Positions 38,093 through 47,538 are shown, counted from the first letter of the stretch. The stretch is 50,829 nucleotides of DNA from Bacteroidales bacterium (GCA_019429045.1 JAHYJL010000003.1:1-50829), one strand, 5' to 3'. The notes: generated from the sequence alone by a model not told the origin. Made by a program: numbers and translations.

Positions 38093-38962
38093 GTGGATAT
38101 TATGGGAAACTGGGAAAATAAGTATCTGAAACCAGAAGGTATCCAGTCGAAGTGGTTTATGGAGTTAAATTCTCATAATCAAAGAAGAGCCTGTGATTTT
38201 ATGAATTTTTCTTTTTACACATATTATACTGTATTGGAGTCCATTAAAAATTGTCAGGATTATGGCAGTCAAAAGAAAAAGTTAAAAAAGTTCATGAATT
38301 GTGTGAATAGCGGATGGGTCTTTTTTGGTGTCGATGATATGAATGATGCTTTAAAACATATGGAGGGTGGCACCTGGACCGATAATAATTATAAAAGTTA
38401 TTGGTATACTACCGGGAAACCAAGATTATATCCAAATGGCAGCGGATTCACATCTGCTTATGGATGCGTAAGCTTTGTTAAAGCAATTGAAGACGAGCTG
38501 TACTCTTTAGAGAAAATTATCAGGGAATATAAATCACTAAGCGATCAATTAAGCAGGGCTGGCAATAATACAAATAAGAATTGGGAGGAAATTGGAGATA
38601 TCTTGTCGAAATTAAAAGACAATGCAGAAAGAGCCGAACCATTTTTATGGTCATTCCCAAAAATTCAAAGCAAGGTAATTACCATTGGGAGTTATGCGGA
38701 TTTGCTGGGTAAATTGCACACAGCTGCAACAAGGGTAGTAAAGCTAAAATCTCTCGGATTATCGGATTTTGAAAGTTATGGAATTGCGGCTGGCGCTACT
38801 GTTTTAGATTATTTACCTATTTTAGGCTCACTATATGGTACAGCTGTTGACTGGGCTATCGATTTTATTCCACAATGGAAACAGTTTATTCAAAACTACA
38901 CACGCCGTATTGATTATGCAGCAGAAGGAAGAGATTATTCAAAAATCCGTTTGGGTAATTAG
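38093..38962 (+). CDS. hypothetical protein, AT-rich, possible effector
   Basis: 289 aa ORF (ATG alternative 38102); helical, with a hydrophobic Gly/Ala segment near the C-terminus. Confidence 0.65.
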   Translation: MDIMGNWENKYLKPEGIQSKWFMELNSHNQRRACDFMNFSFYTYYTVLESIKNCQDYGSQKKKLKKFMNCVNSGWVFFGVDDMNDALKHMEGGTWTDNNYKSYWYTTGKPRLYPNGSGFTSAYGCVSFVKAIEDELYSLEKIIREYKSLSDQLSRAGNNTNKNWEEIGDILSKLKDNAERAEPFLWSFPKIQSKVITIGSYADLLGKLHTAATRVVKLKSLGLSDFESYGIAAGATVLDYLPILGSLYGTAVDWAIDFIPQWKQFIQNYTRRIDYAAEGRDYSKIRLGN

Positions 38963-39023
38963 GGTCACTTCCTCTGTAAAAAAACTCCAGATTTAGTTTC
39001 GAATTATCCTTTAATGAGGTCTG

Positions 39024-39608
39024 TCAACTGGGAACCAGTATTTTAACAATTTCTGACGTCACAGAATTCACCCATACCTGGAATGCATAATCGACTCCCA
39101 GCATAGCATCTTCTTCCTGCTGAGACGGAAAAGTAACCTGATATACATCACCAACCAATTCGACAGTAATTTTACCTTCTTTATTGAAGTTTTCAAAGCC
39201 TTTTAACGCTGTTATTCCGGCAACAAATGCCTTTTTCCCTGAAATCAAATCATCACGAACGTATTGAACATTGTAAGGTGAGGGTTCGGCAAATTCCCGC
39301 ATTTCAATTACCTTACCTGAGTGGCGGTCAACTTTGACTTCAACTCCATTTTCTTTTATCATTTCCACCTCTATTTTTGGAAGATCGTAAAGCATTACTG
39401 CATAAAACCGTGCCAAGGGTTTAATGATGATGTTGCCCATTTTTCGGTCGGGATATCGTTCGGATACAGCATCATAAGCAATTATCAATGCTTCTGATGA
39501 CATCACTTGATTAAAATGTTTTGCATGGTTCATACAGCTTAAATTACTGGTGAATAGTATTAGAATAAAGATAATCAATCGTTGTTTGATGTTTTCCTTT
39601 TTCTTCAC
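39024..39608 (-). CDS. putative lipoprotein immunity protein with two internal repeats
   Basis: Lipobox-like NLSC after a hydrophobic stretch; repeats EVKVDRHSGKVI and QVWVNSVTSEIV; directly downstream of the candidate effector. Confidence 0.6.
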   Translation of the reverse strand: MKKKENIKQRLIIFILILFTSNLSCMNHAKHFNQVMSSEALIIAYDAVSERYPDRKMGNIIIKPLARFYAVMLYDLPKIEVEMIKENGVEVKVDRHSGKVIEMREFAEPSPYNVQYVRDDLISGKKAFVAGITALKGFENFNKEGKITVELVGDVYQVTFPSQQEEDAMLGVDYAFQVWVNSVTSEIVKILVPS

Positions 39609-39681
39609 TTTTCTGTTATTTTCTGGATACTCAAATTCGTTTTGTATATAAGAGGATGATTTATAGTTAATAAGAATTTTA

Positions 39682-40755
39682 TCAATTTGGAGTTGGCCTT
39701 CTATCTAATCCAAGCGAAAGGTAAAACTGCGCGGCCGATCCTGTAGGGTGCCCCATTGGGATGCTACCGCTTCCAACTGGAGATTCTGTGTAATCATAAA
39801 CCACCCCGGGGATCTTCTCCGCAGTATGGTAGTTATTATCCGCACCGGAAGGTCCAATAGCGCGAGTTGCGCCGGCTGGTACAAAAGCAGCCCTGAATTC
39901 AGTTGATGTATGTGTGTGAAAAAGACTGACGGTATACTTGGCACCCAATGAAGGGTTTCCTAACCCATCACATATTGCAGGATTATTAGGGTTGTCGCCA
40001 GGGCGGGCTCCGGGATTCACCGAAGCCCCCTGTGTTGGTCCGACAAATGCACCATTGGATGTAGCAGAATGCTCATATGCATTCGTGCTGGTATCCAAAA
40101 TGATCCAGAATGCTTTTTCCCTTCTTTGATTTGGTGGGATCATGATAATAGGGTTTTGCGTACAATCATCTTTTGTATTTTGCCACTCAGTATCCATAGC
40201 TGCTTTCACTGTCGGGTCTGCGATAATATCTGAATAAGATGGGAATCGGACTTCCACATCTTTTTCCGCAGACAAATGTTCCCCACCACAGGCTTTCACA
40301 ACACCCCTTAATTTAAACTTACCAGCTATCACGGCTTTCCACGGCGATAAGGTATTTACCCTGTCCAATACACACCAGTCTGCTCCACCCGCTTTTTTTA
40401 TTTCAATCCTGTACTCATCTACTGAAAAATTTGTGCCGGTGACTTCAATTTCTAATTTACACTCCCTCTCATGCTTAAGAGTGAGTGTTGCTTTTTCAAC
40501 CATCAACTCCACCTTGGTTATTTTACATGGTTCACAGGGTTTTACGACATTTTTAACAGGCTTTTTCGCTTTTTCCCCTTCCACCGCACCCCCGGCCGCA
40601 GTATAGGCATCCATCCATGCTTTACGATATTTATAATCCTCCGGCGCCATGGTAAGCTTGCGGTTCTTAAGCTCCGGGTTGTCTGCCCAGAGTTTTTCAT
40701 TCGCTGCCTTATTGGCAGCAGGATCAACAGGCAATTTGGCACGACGGTTACTCAT
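39682..40755 (-). CDS. putative T6SS effector with C-terminal JAB-like (HxH...S..D) domain
   Basis: Downstream of PAAR, DUF4123 and adaptor genes; RREKAFWI...SLFHTHT...GPSGAD...PGVVYDY. Confidence 0.65.
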   Translation of the reverse strand: MSNRRAKLPVDPAANKAANEKLWADNPELKNRKLTMAPEDYKYRKAWMDAYTAAGGAVEGEKAKKPVKNVVKPCEPCKITKVELMVEKATLTLKHERECKLEIEVTGTNFSVDEYRIEIKKAGGADWCVLDRVNTLSPWKAVIAGKFKLRGVVKACGGEHLSAEKDVEVRFPSYSDIIADPTVKAAMDTEWQNTKDDCTQNPIIMIPPNQRREKAFWIILDTSTNAYEHSATSNGAFVGPTQGASVNPGARPGDNPNNPAICDGLGNPSLGAKYTVSLFHTHTSTEFRAAFVPAGATRAIGPSGADNNYHTAEKIPGVVYDYTESPVGSGSIPMGHPTGSAAQFYLSLGLDRRPTPN

Positions 40756-41117
40756 GCAGGTTGTGATAATTCAAAAGTTAGAAAATCGGAAATCTGATCT
40801 ATCTTATCCGAACCGGCAAGATCCTTGTTATTCAATATCTCAGCAATCTTTGGATATTTTTCATTCTTGTCAAAACCGGGACCCAGGATGGCAGTACATT
40901 CTAAAAAAAAACTCATATCATCTTCATATATAATTCCATAGCGATATCCATTTCCTAACCCAATACGAATTAAATTTTCCAATTCATTTTCCCGGATCTC
41001 ATTCTTTTGTAAATCATTCCGGAAATTTTCCTTCAGGTGCTTCACCATTTTATTGATAAAAGCATCTTCCTGACTTTTTAAAAACACCTCGATCTGTTTT
41101 CTACGAATTACCAACAT
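40752..41117 (-). CDS. small T6SS accessory/co-adaptor protein
   Basis: MLVIRRKQIEVF...F...HL...YGI..E pattern typical of genes following DUF4123; overlaps both neighbours. Confidence 0.6.
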   Translation of the reverse strand: MLVIRRKQIEVFLKSQEDAFINKMVKHLKENFRNDLQKNEIRENELENLIRIGLGNGYRYGIIYEDDMSFFLECTAILGPGFDKNEKYPKIAEILNNKDLAGSDKIDQISDFLTFELSQPA

Positions 41118-41757
41118 CGGATTGTGAGATTTTATACTTTGAAACAACCAAGACACCTGTTTCTGTCTGATTGTTATTCTTCCTATGAAAAATTATTTCA
41201 TCATTATTCTCTCCTTCCGAAAAGAAAGCAAACACCTCTCCAAAGAACAAGTCTATCTCTCTTCTGCCGCAAGTCGGCAAATACACCCGCAGCACCCGGG
41301 GGTCATAATACCGGAACAGCACCACCCGGTCGTCTTCCAGGTAGACCCGGTTGAACTGCTGGAAATGTTTGAACAGGTTATCAAAGTCTGCCTTGCTGGT
41401 AAAAAATATGCAGCAGCTATCGCCCCAGGCTTCGGTGGTCATCCACTGAAAAAGCAGCGATTCCTTTTTACATTCTACCAGGAAACCGGAAACGCCATAC
41501 GACTGCTCGTCCATGGTGCCTTCAAAAAGGGATCTATAGCGTACATTCCCGGTAATAAGATGACGGAAGACATCTTCGTTACGTGCAGAGTCAATGATCC
41601 CGTAAAGCTGGCATCCCTCTTTTTCCGCCTGTTTGAGGAGAAAATCTGCCACATGCTGCGCCAGTTCTTCCGGCTTTGGTGTTTGCACCGTAACGGCCGG
41701 CCTGATCGGTTCGATCGTTATTTTGCGGATAGGTTTTAATGTGATCGGTTTTGACAC
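41101..41757 (-). CDS. DUF4123 T6SS effector chaperone/adaptor
   Basis: LYGIIDSAR, SLFEG, WG, LFRYYDPRVLRVYLPTC. Confidence 0.88.
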   Translation of the reverse strand: MSKPITLKPIRKITIEPIRPAVTVQTPKPEELAQHVADFLLKQAEKEGCQLYGIIDSARNEDVFRHLITGNVRYRSLFEGTMDEQSYGVSGFLVECKKESLLFQWMTTEAWGDSCCIFFTSKADFDNLFKHFQQFNRVYLEDDRVVLFRYYDPRVLRVYLPTCGRREIDLFFGEVFAFFSEGENNDEIIFHRKNNNQTETGVLVVSKYKISQSDVGNS

Positions 41758-41769
41758 AGATGGAAGAGT

Positions 41770-42213
41770 TTACTGGTTTGTCCCGGAACATTCCTCACAG
41801 AAAGGGGTGCCGTCTTCAGCGGCTGCTTTCAGGGCAGCCGACTGGGGCGCACCTCCGGCACTGCTTCCGGCGGCTCCTCCCCCGGCACCGCCTCCACCTC
41901 CGCCACCACCGGCATCTCCGATCAGTACGGTCGGCAGGCCTGCCATAATGGCCCCCCCGTGCGCAGTCATGTCGCCCATGCGGGCAGCCGGCTTTCCGCC
42001 AATCAGCACCGTCGCCGATCCCTGGACTATCGAATCAGGCGGCCCCACGCAGGTGCACATATCACCCATCGTGGCAGCCGGCTGATTGCCAATCAATACG
42101 GTTGGCGCACCGGGCGGCAGTATCGGCCCCCCGACATGCGGTATTGGCGGCGTGCCCGGCGTCTGCATCGGGCAGGTATGCATATCCCCCACTCTGGCTG
42201 CAGGCTTACCCAT
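41770..42213 (-). CDS. PAAR-domain spike tip protein with Gly-rich linker and FCEEC tail
   Basis: MGKPAARVGDMHTCP, QPAATMGD, KPAARMGD.TAHGG; start ATG 42213. Confidence 0.93.
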   Translation of the reverse strand: MGKPAARVGDMHTCPMQTPGTPPIPHVGGPILPPGAPTVLIGNQPAATMGDMCTCVGPPDSIVQGSATVLIGGKPAARMGDMTAHGGAIMAGLPTVLIGDAGGGGGGGGAGGGAAGSSAGGAPQSAALKAAAEDGTPFCEECSGTNQ

Positions 42214-42367
42214 AGTCTGGTATATTTCTTTCAGGAATTTCTCTAATACCTCAAGCAGCACTGCTGGTATTGAAAGATAATGCCTGGCTGTTATGATTTC
42301 AAAGATAAAGTATTTTTCATGATGAAGCAAGAAAATTTAACTGCCGGCTTGATTTTCTTATTCCTCT

Positions 42368-43028
42368 TTACTGTTTCACAAACCGTTGCACCCCATACAC
42401 CCCATCAAACTGAACATGAATGATATACATTCCATTGGGCAGGGATGACAGGTCAAGTTCATAAGGGGAATGACCCGAAAATTCCCGTTTGAGGATACTT
42501 TCACCGATCATATTAGAGATCTCCAGTGTGCCGGCAGATCTTGCTTCACCGAATTCAAGCCGGATCAAACCATCTGTCGGGTTGGGGTAAAGCTTGAAGA
42601 GATCCGGATTCATTGCCCCAGGCCGTTGCATAGACATCCTCCTGCGCCGTTTGATTTGACAGGATATACTGGCCGGACCCATCGATCGTATAGGGAACAC
42701 GATAGAATACCGAGGCATTATACGATGAGAAAATAAGATTGCCGGCGCCGGGATATCCTGGCGGAACAATGGCGAGGCCATAAGATAAATTCGCACTACC
42801 GCCGATATACAATGTATTTGGTTCGCCGGGCCTGATCGTAAGCCCCCCGTATTGCGCCGGCAGATCGGTGATGCTGCCCAGGTCGGTCAGGGTATACCCT
42901 GCCGTTTCGAATTCGGCAGTAAAGGTTTGGGAATAAACAGTAAAGCCTGCCAGCATGGATATAATGAACAGGCATTTAAGCAATGCAAAACTTGCATTTT
43001 TAATGAATGTTTGTGTAAATGTTTTCAT
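42368..43028 (-). pseudogene. remnant of a T9SS-exported protein (frameshifted, probably internally deleted)
   Basis: The signal peptide and N-terminal fragment (from MKTF, 43028) are in a different frame from the CTD (LYPNPTDG...NGMYII...RFVKQ); the switch is near 42615. Confidence 0.6.
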
Positions 43029-43110
43029 ATGCTTATTTTTTTCAAAGATAAGAATGAGTTTTAATAAGAGAGGCTGTCTCAAAAGTCAAAAAGTCTCGTT
43101 TTTTTAGTAG

Positions 43111-43178
43111 TCCGACGACTGAAGCCGTCGGTTCCAACTTATGTAACATACTTGGAACCAACGGCTTTAGTCGTTGGA
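43111..43178. repeat. REP-like inverted repeat pair
   Basis: 43111-43137 and 43152-43178 are reverse complements at 24 of 27 positions, and each is internally palindromic. Confidence 0.75.
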
Positions 43179-43207
43179 GCACGATCCAAAACAGCGGGAT
43201 AACTTAA

Positions 43208-43360
43208 GAGGCTGTATCAAAAGTCAAATTTTAGGTTAACCACAGAGTTAACAGAGTATACACAGAGAACACAGAGGATTGTATATCAATCACTAAACAC
43301 TCTGCGTCCTCTGTGTCTCCTCTGCAATCTCTGTGGTAAAACAACTTTTGATACAGCCTC
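43208..43360. mobile_element. MITE-like element with 17-bp terminal inverted repeats
   Basis: GAGGCTGTATCAAAAGT ... ACTTTTGATACAGCCTC; internal ACAGAG/CTCTGT inverted arrays; an extra left-end copy at 43070-43090. Confidence 0.65.
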
Positions 43361-43372
43361 ATCAGGACGAAA

Positions 43373-44086
43373 CTAAAGTGAAGCCGTTTCTTCCGGTTTG
43401 GGTACTGCCATGATCATCAGCTTAATCCCCATCTCATCGTTGATGAAGTCATCCTTGAACTTGGCGCCGAGCTTCTGGGATTTGAACATCACCTTCCATT
43501 CCGTACGGTCAAGGAAGAACATATTGGACTCAGCCATCAGCATATCATCCATCATTTCAACCTTTGCGTTAAAAGTAATGCTTTTGGTAATATCCTTCAT
43601 GGTGAGGTTACCGGTAATGGCATGGGTGGGTACGATATCTCCCCGTTCCAGATCCTTGTTAATCGTTGTGCCGTCAATAGCTTCGACGCCGGTGATCTCG
43701 AACATCGCTTCGGGGTATGCTTCCACCTCGAAGAAGTCGGCCGATTTCAGATGGCCTGTCAGCTTGCCGTTCATATCGGGATCGGTAAGATCGAGTACGG
43801 TGATGGAATTCATGTCAAAGGTGATTTTACCACCCACTAAAATACCATCCTTCATCTTCAGTTTCCCATCAGTGATACTTACAATACCATGATGCTGTCC
43901 CGTTGGCTTATAGCCTTCCCAGGCCATCGCACTTTCATCCAGGTTCAGCTGGTATTTCACATCGTATTCAGTGGCAGTCTTTTCAACTGCTTCAGCGGTA
44001 CGGGTAGTTTCCCCGCCGCCGGAGGAACATGCGGTCGCAAAGCCCGCGATCATTAAAATGGCTGCAGTTTTTGTAATGTTTTTCAT
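43373..44086 (-). CDS. YceI-family lipoprotein
   Basis: Lipobox FATAC, W.GYKPTGQHHG, HLKSADFFEVEAYP, ITGNLTMKDITK, DRTEW. Confidence 0.9.
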   Translation of the reverse strand: MKNITKTAAILMIAGFATACSSGGGETTRTAEAVEKTATEYDVKYQLNLDESAMAWEGYKPTGQHHGIVSITDGKLKMKDGILVGGKITFDMNSITVLDLTDPDMNGKLTGHLKSADFFEVEAYPEAMFEITGVEAIDGTTINKDLERGDIVPTHAITGNLTMKDITKSITFNAKVEMMDDMLMAESNMFFLDRTEWKVMFKSQKLGAKFKDDFINDEMGIKLMIMAVPKPEETASL

Positions 44087-44172
44087 AGCTTGATCAATAT
44101 TTGTTTAAAAGGTAAACCACCATGCCGGGAAATTGTTCAACAGAAAATAAAAAAAGATGAACAGAGGAAGAG

Positions 44173-44217
44173 GGTCGGCGGTCGGCGGCTAACGGCTAAC
44201 GGCTAACGGCTAACGGC
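44173..44217. repeat. heptamer tandem array (GGTCGGC x2, GGCTAAC x4)
   Basis: Read directly. Confidence 0.85.
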
Positions 44218-44219
44218 CA

Positions 44220-44645
44220 TCATTTCTGCAGCGCTCCTGTCCGCTCCACTTCGATAATAAAGTACTTTGTATCCCCCCGCCAGGGAAACCGGACGTATCT
44301 TTTTACGTACCGGAGGTTCACCCTTTCACCGCTGAGGGCGACATCTTCCAGTTCCTGTACTACCTCAGGGCTCTTCTTGGAAATGGAAAAATTAAAGGTT
44401 TCCATAAATGGGGTGACGCCTTTCATTGCTCCGAACGTTTGAAGGTTTAGTTGTCCTTCGTATGTCTTGAAGAGAACTCCCTTTTTACTAACTCTTAGAA
44501 CTGTTCCGGAGCGCACCCCTTCATCGTATATACCATAGTATAGGAACAACATCACGCCAATGAAGAGGAAAAACAAGATAATCAAAAGGTTACGGACGAA
44601 ATGGCGTTTCTTTTTCGGTTCGGGAGATAAGGATGGCTCTGTCAT
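44220..44645 (-). CDS. conserved Bacteroidota single-TM hypothetical protein
   Basis: TM followed by EGVRSG...SKKGVLFKTYEGQL...WRGDTKYF; start MTEPS at 44645. Confidence 0.75.
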   Translation of the reverse strand: MTEPSLSPEPKKKRHFVRNLLIILFFLFIGVMLFLYYGIYDEGVRSGTVLRVSKKGVLFKTYEGQLNLQTFGAMKGVTPFMETFNFSISKKSPEVVQELEDVALSGERVNLRYVKRYVRFPWRGDTKYFIIEVERTGALQK

Positions 44646-44706
44646 AGCTTTGTTATATAAAGCAAAGATAATCAATTTTCATATTTTTGCGGATCAACTG
44701 TAGGAA

Positions 44707-45993
44707 ATGATGCAACCATTTGAAACGACAAATTATAAGATACGTTCCCTGATTAGCGGAAAGGAATTCGAAGATACCGGCTGGCTGCTGGAAGCTCCCG
44801 GGGAGAGCCCGTCATTGCTGCAATCTGTGTATGCCAAAAAGCAGCTGGAAGTCCGGGATGATGCTTTCGGCTTTTACCGCTTTGCCGACTGGCTACCGGT
44901 CCGCCGGATGCTGAACGGTTCTTCGGCGCCTGTGACGTATAAAAGCGAGAGACTGGCAAATGTGTTGGGGCTATCGCAGCTGTTTATCACACTCAGCGGC
45001 TGGTGGCCGGAGAAGGGCGCCCTGATGAAGACCTGCTCCTTCAAGGAAACGGAGGCTTATTCGGTTTGCGCCCGGCTGAATGAAAGCGGAAAGGTGCTGG
45101 TAGTCGCCTCCGCGGGCAATACAGCCCGTTCCTTTGCCCGGGTGTGTTCCGATAATGATATTCCACTGCTGCTGTGCGTTCCCGAAGATAATATCGATGC
45201 TTTGTGGTTCGACGAGCCGCTAAAAGACCATGTGAAGCTGATCGTTTCGCGTTCCGGCAGCGATTATTTCGATGCGATCCATCTCTCGAACCTGGCCTGC
45301 CGGCTTGAGCAGTTTTTACCGGAGGGAGGTGCGAAGAACATAGCCCGGCGGGATGGGATGGCTACGACGGTGTTATCAGCCGTAACGACCATTGGCCGCA
45401 TTCCCGATTACTACTTCCAGGCGGTGGGTTCAGGGACCGGTGCCATTGCAGCCTGGGAAGCCGGCAAACGCTTCCTGGAAGACGGCCGTTACGGGAACAA
45501 TAAGATGAAGCTGATGGTTTCGCAGAACGCCCCGTTTCTGCCGATGCACGATGCCTGGAAAGCGCGGTCAAGGGAGATGCTGCCGCTGGACGACGACCTC
45601 GCTCGCCGGCAGGTGGAGGAGATCGGCGCCAAAGTGCTTTCGAACCGCAAACCGCCGTATTCCATCGCCGGAGGCCTCTTCGATGCCCTCACCGACACCG
45701 GCGGGGATATCCTGGCCGTCACCAATGCCCAGGCCAGGGAGGCCGACAGATTGTTCCGGGAAACCGAAGGGATCGACCTGCACCCGGCAGCCGCGGTGGC
45801 AACCGCCTCACTCATCGATGCCTGCCGGAAAAAACAGGTGGAAAAAGATGCCGTGATCATGCTGAACATCACCGGGGCGGGGGAGGAAAGGTTTATGAAA
45901 GGGAGAAGGCTGAATTACCTGAAGCCATCATTGATTTTTGATATCAACCCGTCGATGGAAGAGGTTCGTGAGCGGTTAATTCAACTATTTTGA
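44707..45993 (+). CDS. cysteate synthase (threonine-synthase-like PLP enzyme)
   Basis: TCSFKETEA (PLP Lys), VVASAGNTAR, EGGAKNIARRDGM, YFQAVGSGTG, VLSNRKPPY, LNITG. Confidence 0.85.
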   Translation: MMQPFETTNYKIRSLISGKEFEDTGWLLEAPGESPSLLQSVYAKKQLEVRDDAFGFYRFADWLPVRRMLNGSSAPVTYKSERLANVLGLSQLFITLSGWWPEKGALMKTCSFKETEAYSVCARLNESGKVLVVASAGNTARSFARVCSDNDIPLLLCVPEDNIDALWFDEPLKDHVKLIVSRSGSDYFDAIHLSNLACRLEQFLPEGGAKNIARRDGMATTVLSAVTTIGRIPDYYFQAVGSGTGAIAAWEAGKRFLEDGRYGNNKMKLMVSQNAPFLPMHDAWKARSREMLPLDDDLARRQVEEIGAKVLSNRKPPYSIAGGLFDALTDTGGDILAVTNAQAREADRLFRETEGIDLHPAAAVATASLIDACRKKQVEKDAVIMLNITGAGEERFMKGRRLNYLKPSLIFDINPSMEEVRERLIQLF

Positions 45994-46098
45994 TAATTTA
46001 CAGGAAGTCAATGTGGTATGTAATATTTATTATGTTGTATTTAATAACAAACACTTAATAAATACCCCATAATACATACAACATATTACATTTTATCG

Positions 46099-46716
46099 TC
46101 ATTCTTCGCTTTTCAGCTTGAACCGGAACCCCAGGTTGGCATAAAAGGCCTGCATCTTTGCTTCGATGGGATCAACCTTGTACTGCGGGGTTAGTCCCCA
46201 GCCGTAACTCACATCCAGGAAAAGAAACCAGATATTCAGCCCGGCGCCGACCGAAAAATCAAACTGCGGGCTTTTCAGGTCATCTTTTACCAGCCCAAAC
46301 TCATTTTCTTTAACACTCAGTGGGATAAGCATGGACGGGCCCAGGAAAATCCTCAACCCGGCAAAACTGGTAGTATGGCCTATGAACTGAAATCCGAAAT
46401 TAACAGGCACTCTCAGGTAATTCGCACTGTACACAAATTCAGGATTTTCAGGATCCGAAGGGGTAAAATTCTGTGTCAGTTTTGTGTAAAATAAACCGGG
46501 TTCGATGTATAATTGTCGTCCCACAGCCAGGCTGGCGCCTATTTGATATCCCGCTTTACTTGTTGAAACAAGACTATCGGTTACACTGGCAATGGTTACG
46601 ACCGGGTTGCTGTCAAAGCGCGCCACATTGAAACCAATGGCAGGTTTTAGCTCGATCTGGGAGAAGGCTGTCAGGCTCAATGCAATGGCCAGAACAATCA
46701 AAATGCTTTTTTTCAT
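46099..46716 (-). CDS. outer-membrane beta-barrel (porin-family/OMP_b-brl_2-like) protein
   Basis: Signal peptide, NYLRVPV, YGWGL, terminal LGFRF strand. Confidence 0.8.
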   Translation of the reverse strand: MKKSILIVLAIALSLTAFSQIELKPAIGFNVARFDSNPVVTIASVTDSLVSTSKAGYQIGASLAVGRQLYIEPGLFYTKLTQNFTPSDPENPEFVYSANYLRVPVNFGFQFIGHTTSFAGLRIFLGPSMLIPLSVKENEFGLVKDDLKSPQFDFSVGAGLNIWFLFLDVSYGWGLTPQYKVDPIEAKMQAFYANLGFRFKLKSEE

Positions 46717-46774
46717 TTGTCAGGTGTTAAAATTTTTACAAAGATCAGAATTATTTTAACCTGAGAAATTTTTA

Positions 46775-46912
46775 TAACCACAGAGGGAACAGAGGAGGCG
46801 CAGAGGACTCTGAGAAGACTCTGTTCCCTCTGCGTATACTCTGTTAACTCTGGGGTTTTCTTAATTTTTTATAACCACAGAGGACCCGGAGAAGACACAG
46901 AGGAAACGGAGA
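46775..46912. repeat. AACCACAGAG/ACACAGAG inverted repeat cluster downstream of GxxExxY
   Basis: About 9-bp-period CAGAG units followed by complementary CTCTG units. Confidence 0.75.
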
Positions 46913-46913
46913 A

Positions 46914-47297
46914 TTAATCAACCCATTTGTTTATGACCCGCTTAATCCCATCAGTCATTCTGGCTACATTGAAATTGAGCAACAAACCGTACTTGCACCT
47001 GGTTAGCTTCATATAGGTAAGAATTTGGGCTAAATGAACCTCGTTTAATGCTTCAACGGCTTTAATTTCAATAACCACCCGGTTCTCGACCAATAAATCG
47101 ATTCGGTAACCACAGTTTAATTGAACGTCTTCGTAAATCAAAGGCTGAGGTTTCTCCTTTTCAATATAAAGCTGTGTTTTCGTCAGCTCATATAGCAAGC
47201 ACTCCTGGTATGCCGATTCCAGCAAACCGGGACCTAAGTTACGGTGTACTTTAATAGCACAACCGATAATGATCTCGGTGATTTGATTGTCATTCAT
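46914..47297 (-). CDS. GxxExxY protein (PD-(D/E)XK nuclease-like)
   Basis: LGPGLLESAYQECL, YRIDLLVE..V.IEIKAV, AQILTYMK, GLLLNFN. Confidence 0.93.
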   Translation of the reverse strand: MNDNQITEIIIGCAIKVHRNLGPGLLESAYQECLLYELTKTQLYIEKEKPQPLIYEDVQLNCGYRIDLLVENRVVIEIKAVEALNEVHLAQILTYMKLTRCKYGLLLNFNVARMTDGIKRVINKWVD

Positions 47298-47366
47298 AGA
47301 TTTTCGGTTTTTCTTTTTCTATTAATCCGAAAATCTTGAAAATATACCCGGTCGAAAAAAATTTTT

Positions 47367-47461
47367 TCTCTGTGACCTCCGTGTATACTTCGGGGCCTCT
47401 GTGGTTAATTCACTTTTTTATAACCGCAGAGGAAACAAAGAAGGCGCAGAGGGAACAGAGA
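47367..47461. repeat. CTCTGTG/AACCGCAGAG repeat cluster upstream of GxxExxY
   Basis: Same repeat family as 46775-46912 and 43238-43337. Confidence 0.7.
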
Positions 47462-47538
47462 ATTATCGATTCTGGAACGATATTTGAATGAAAAGAGAAA
47501 AGAGAATAGTGAAAAGTGAATAATTTAAACTCCTTTGC

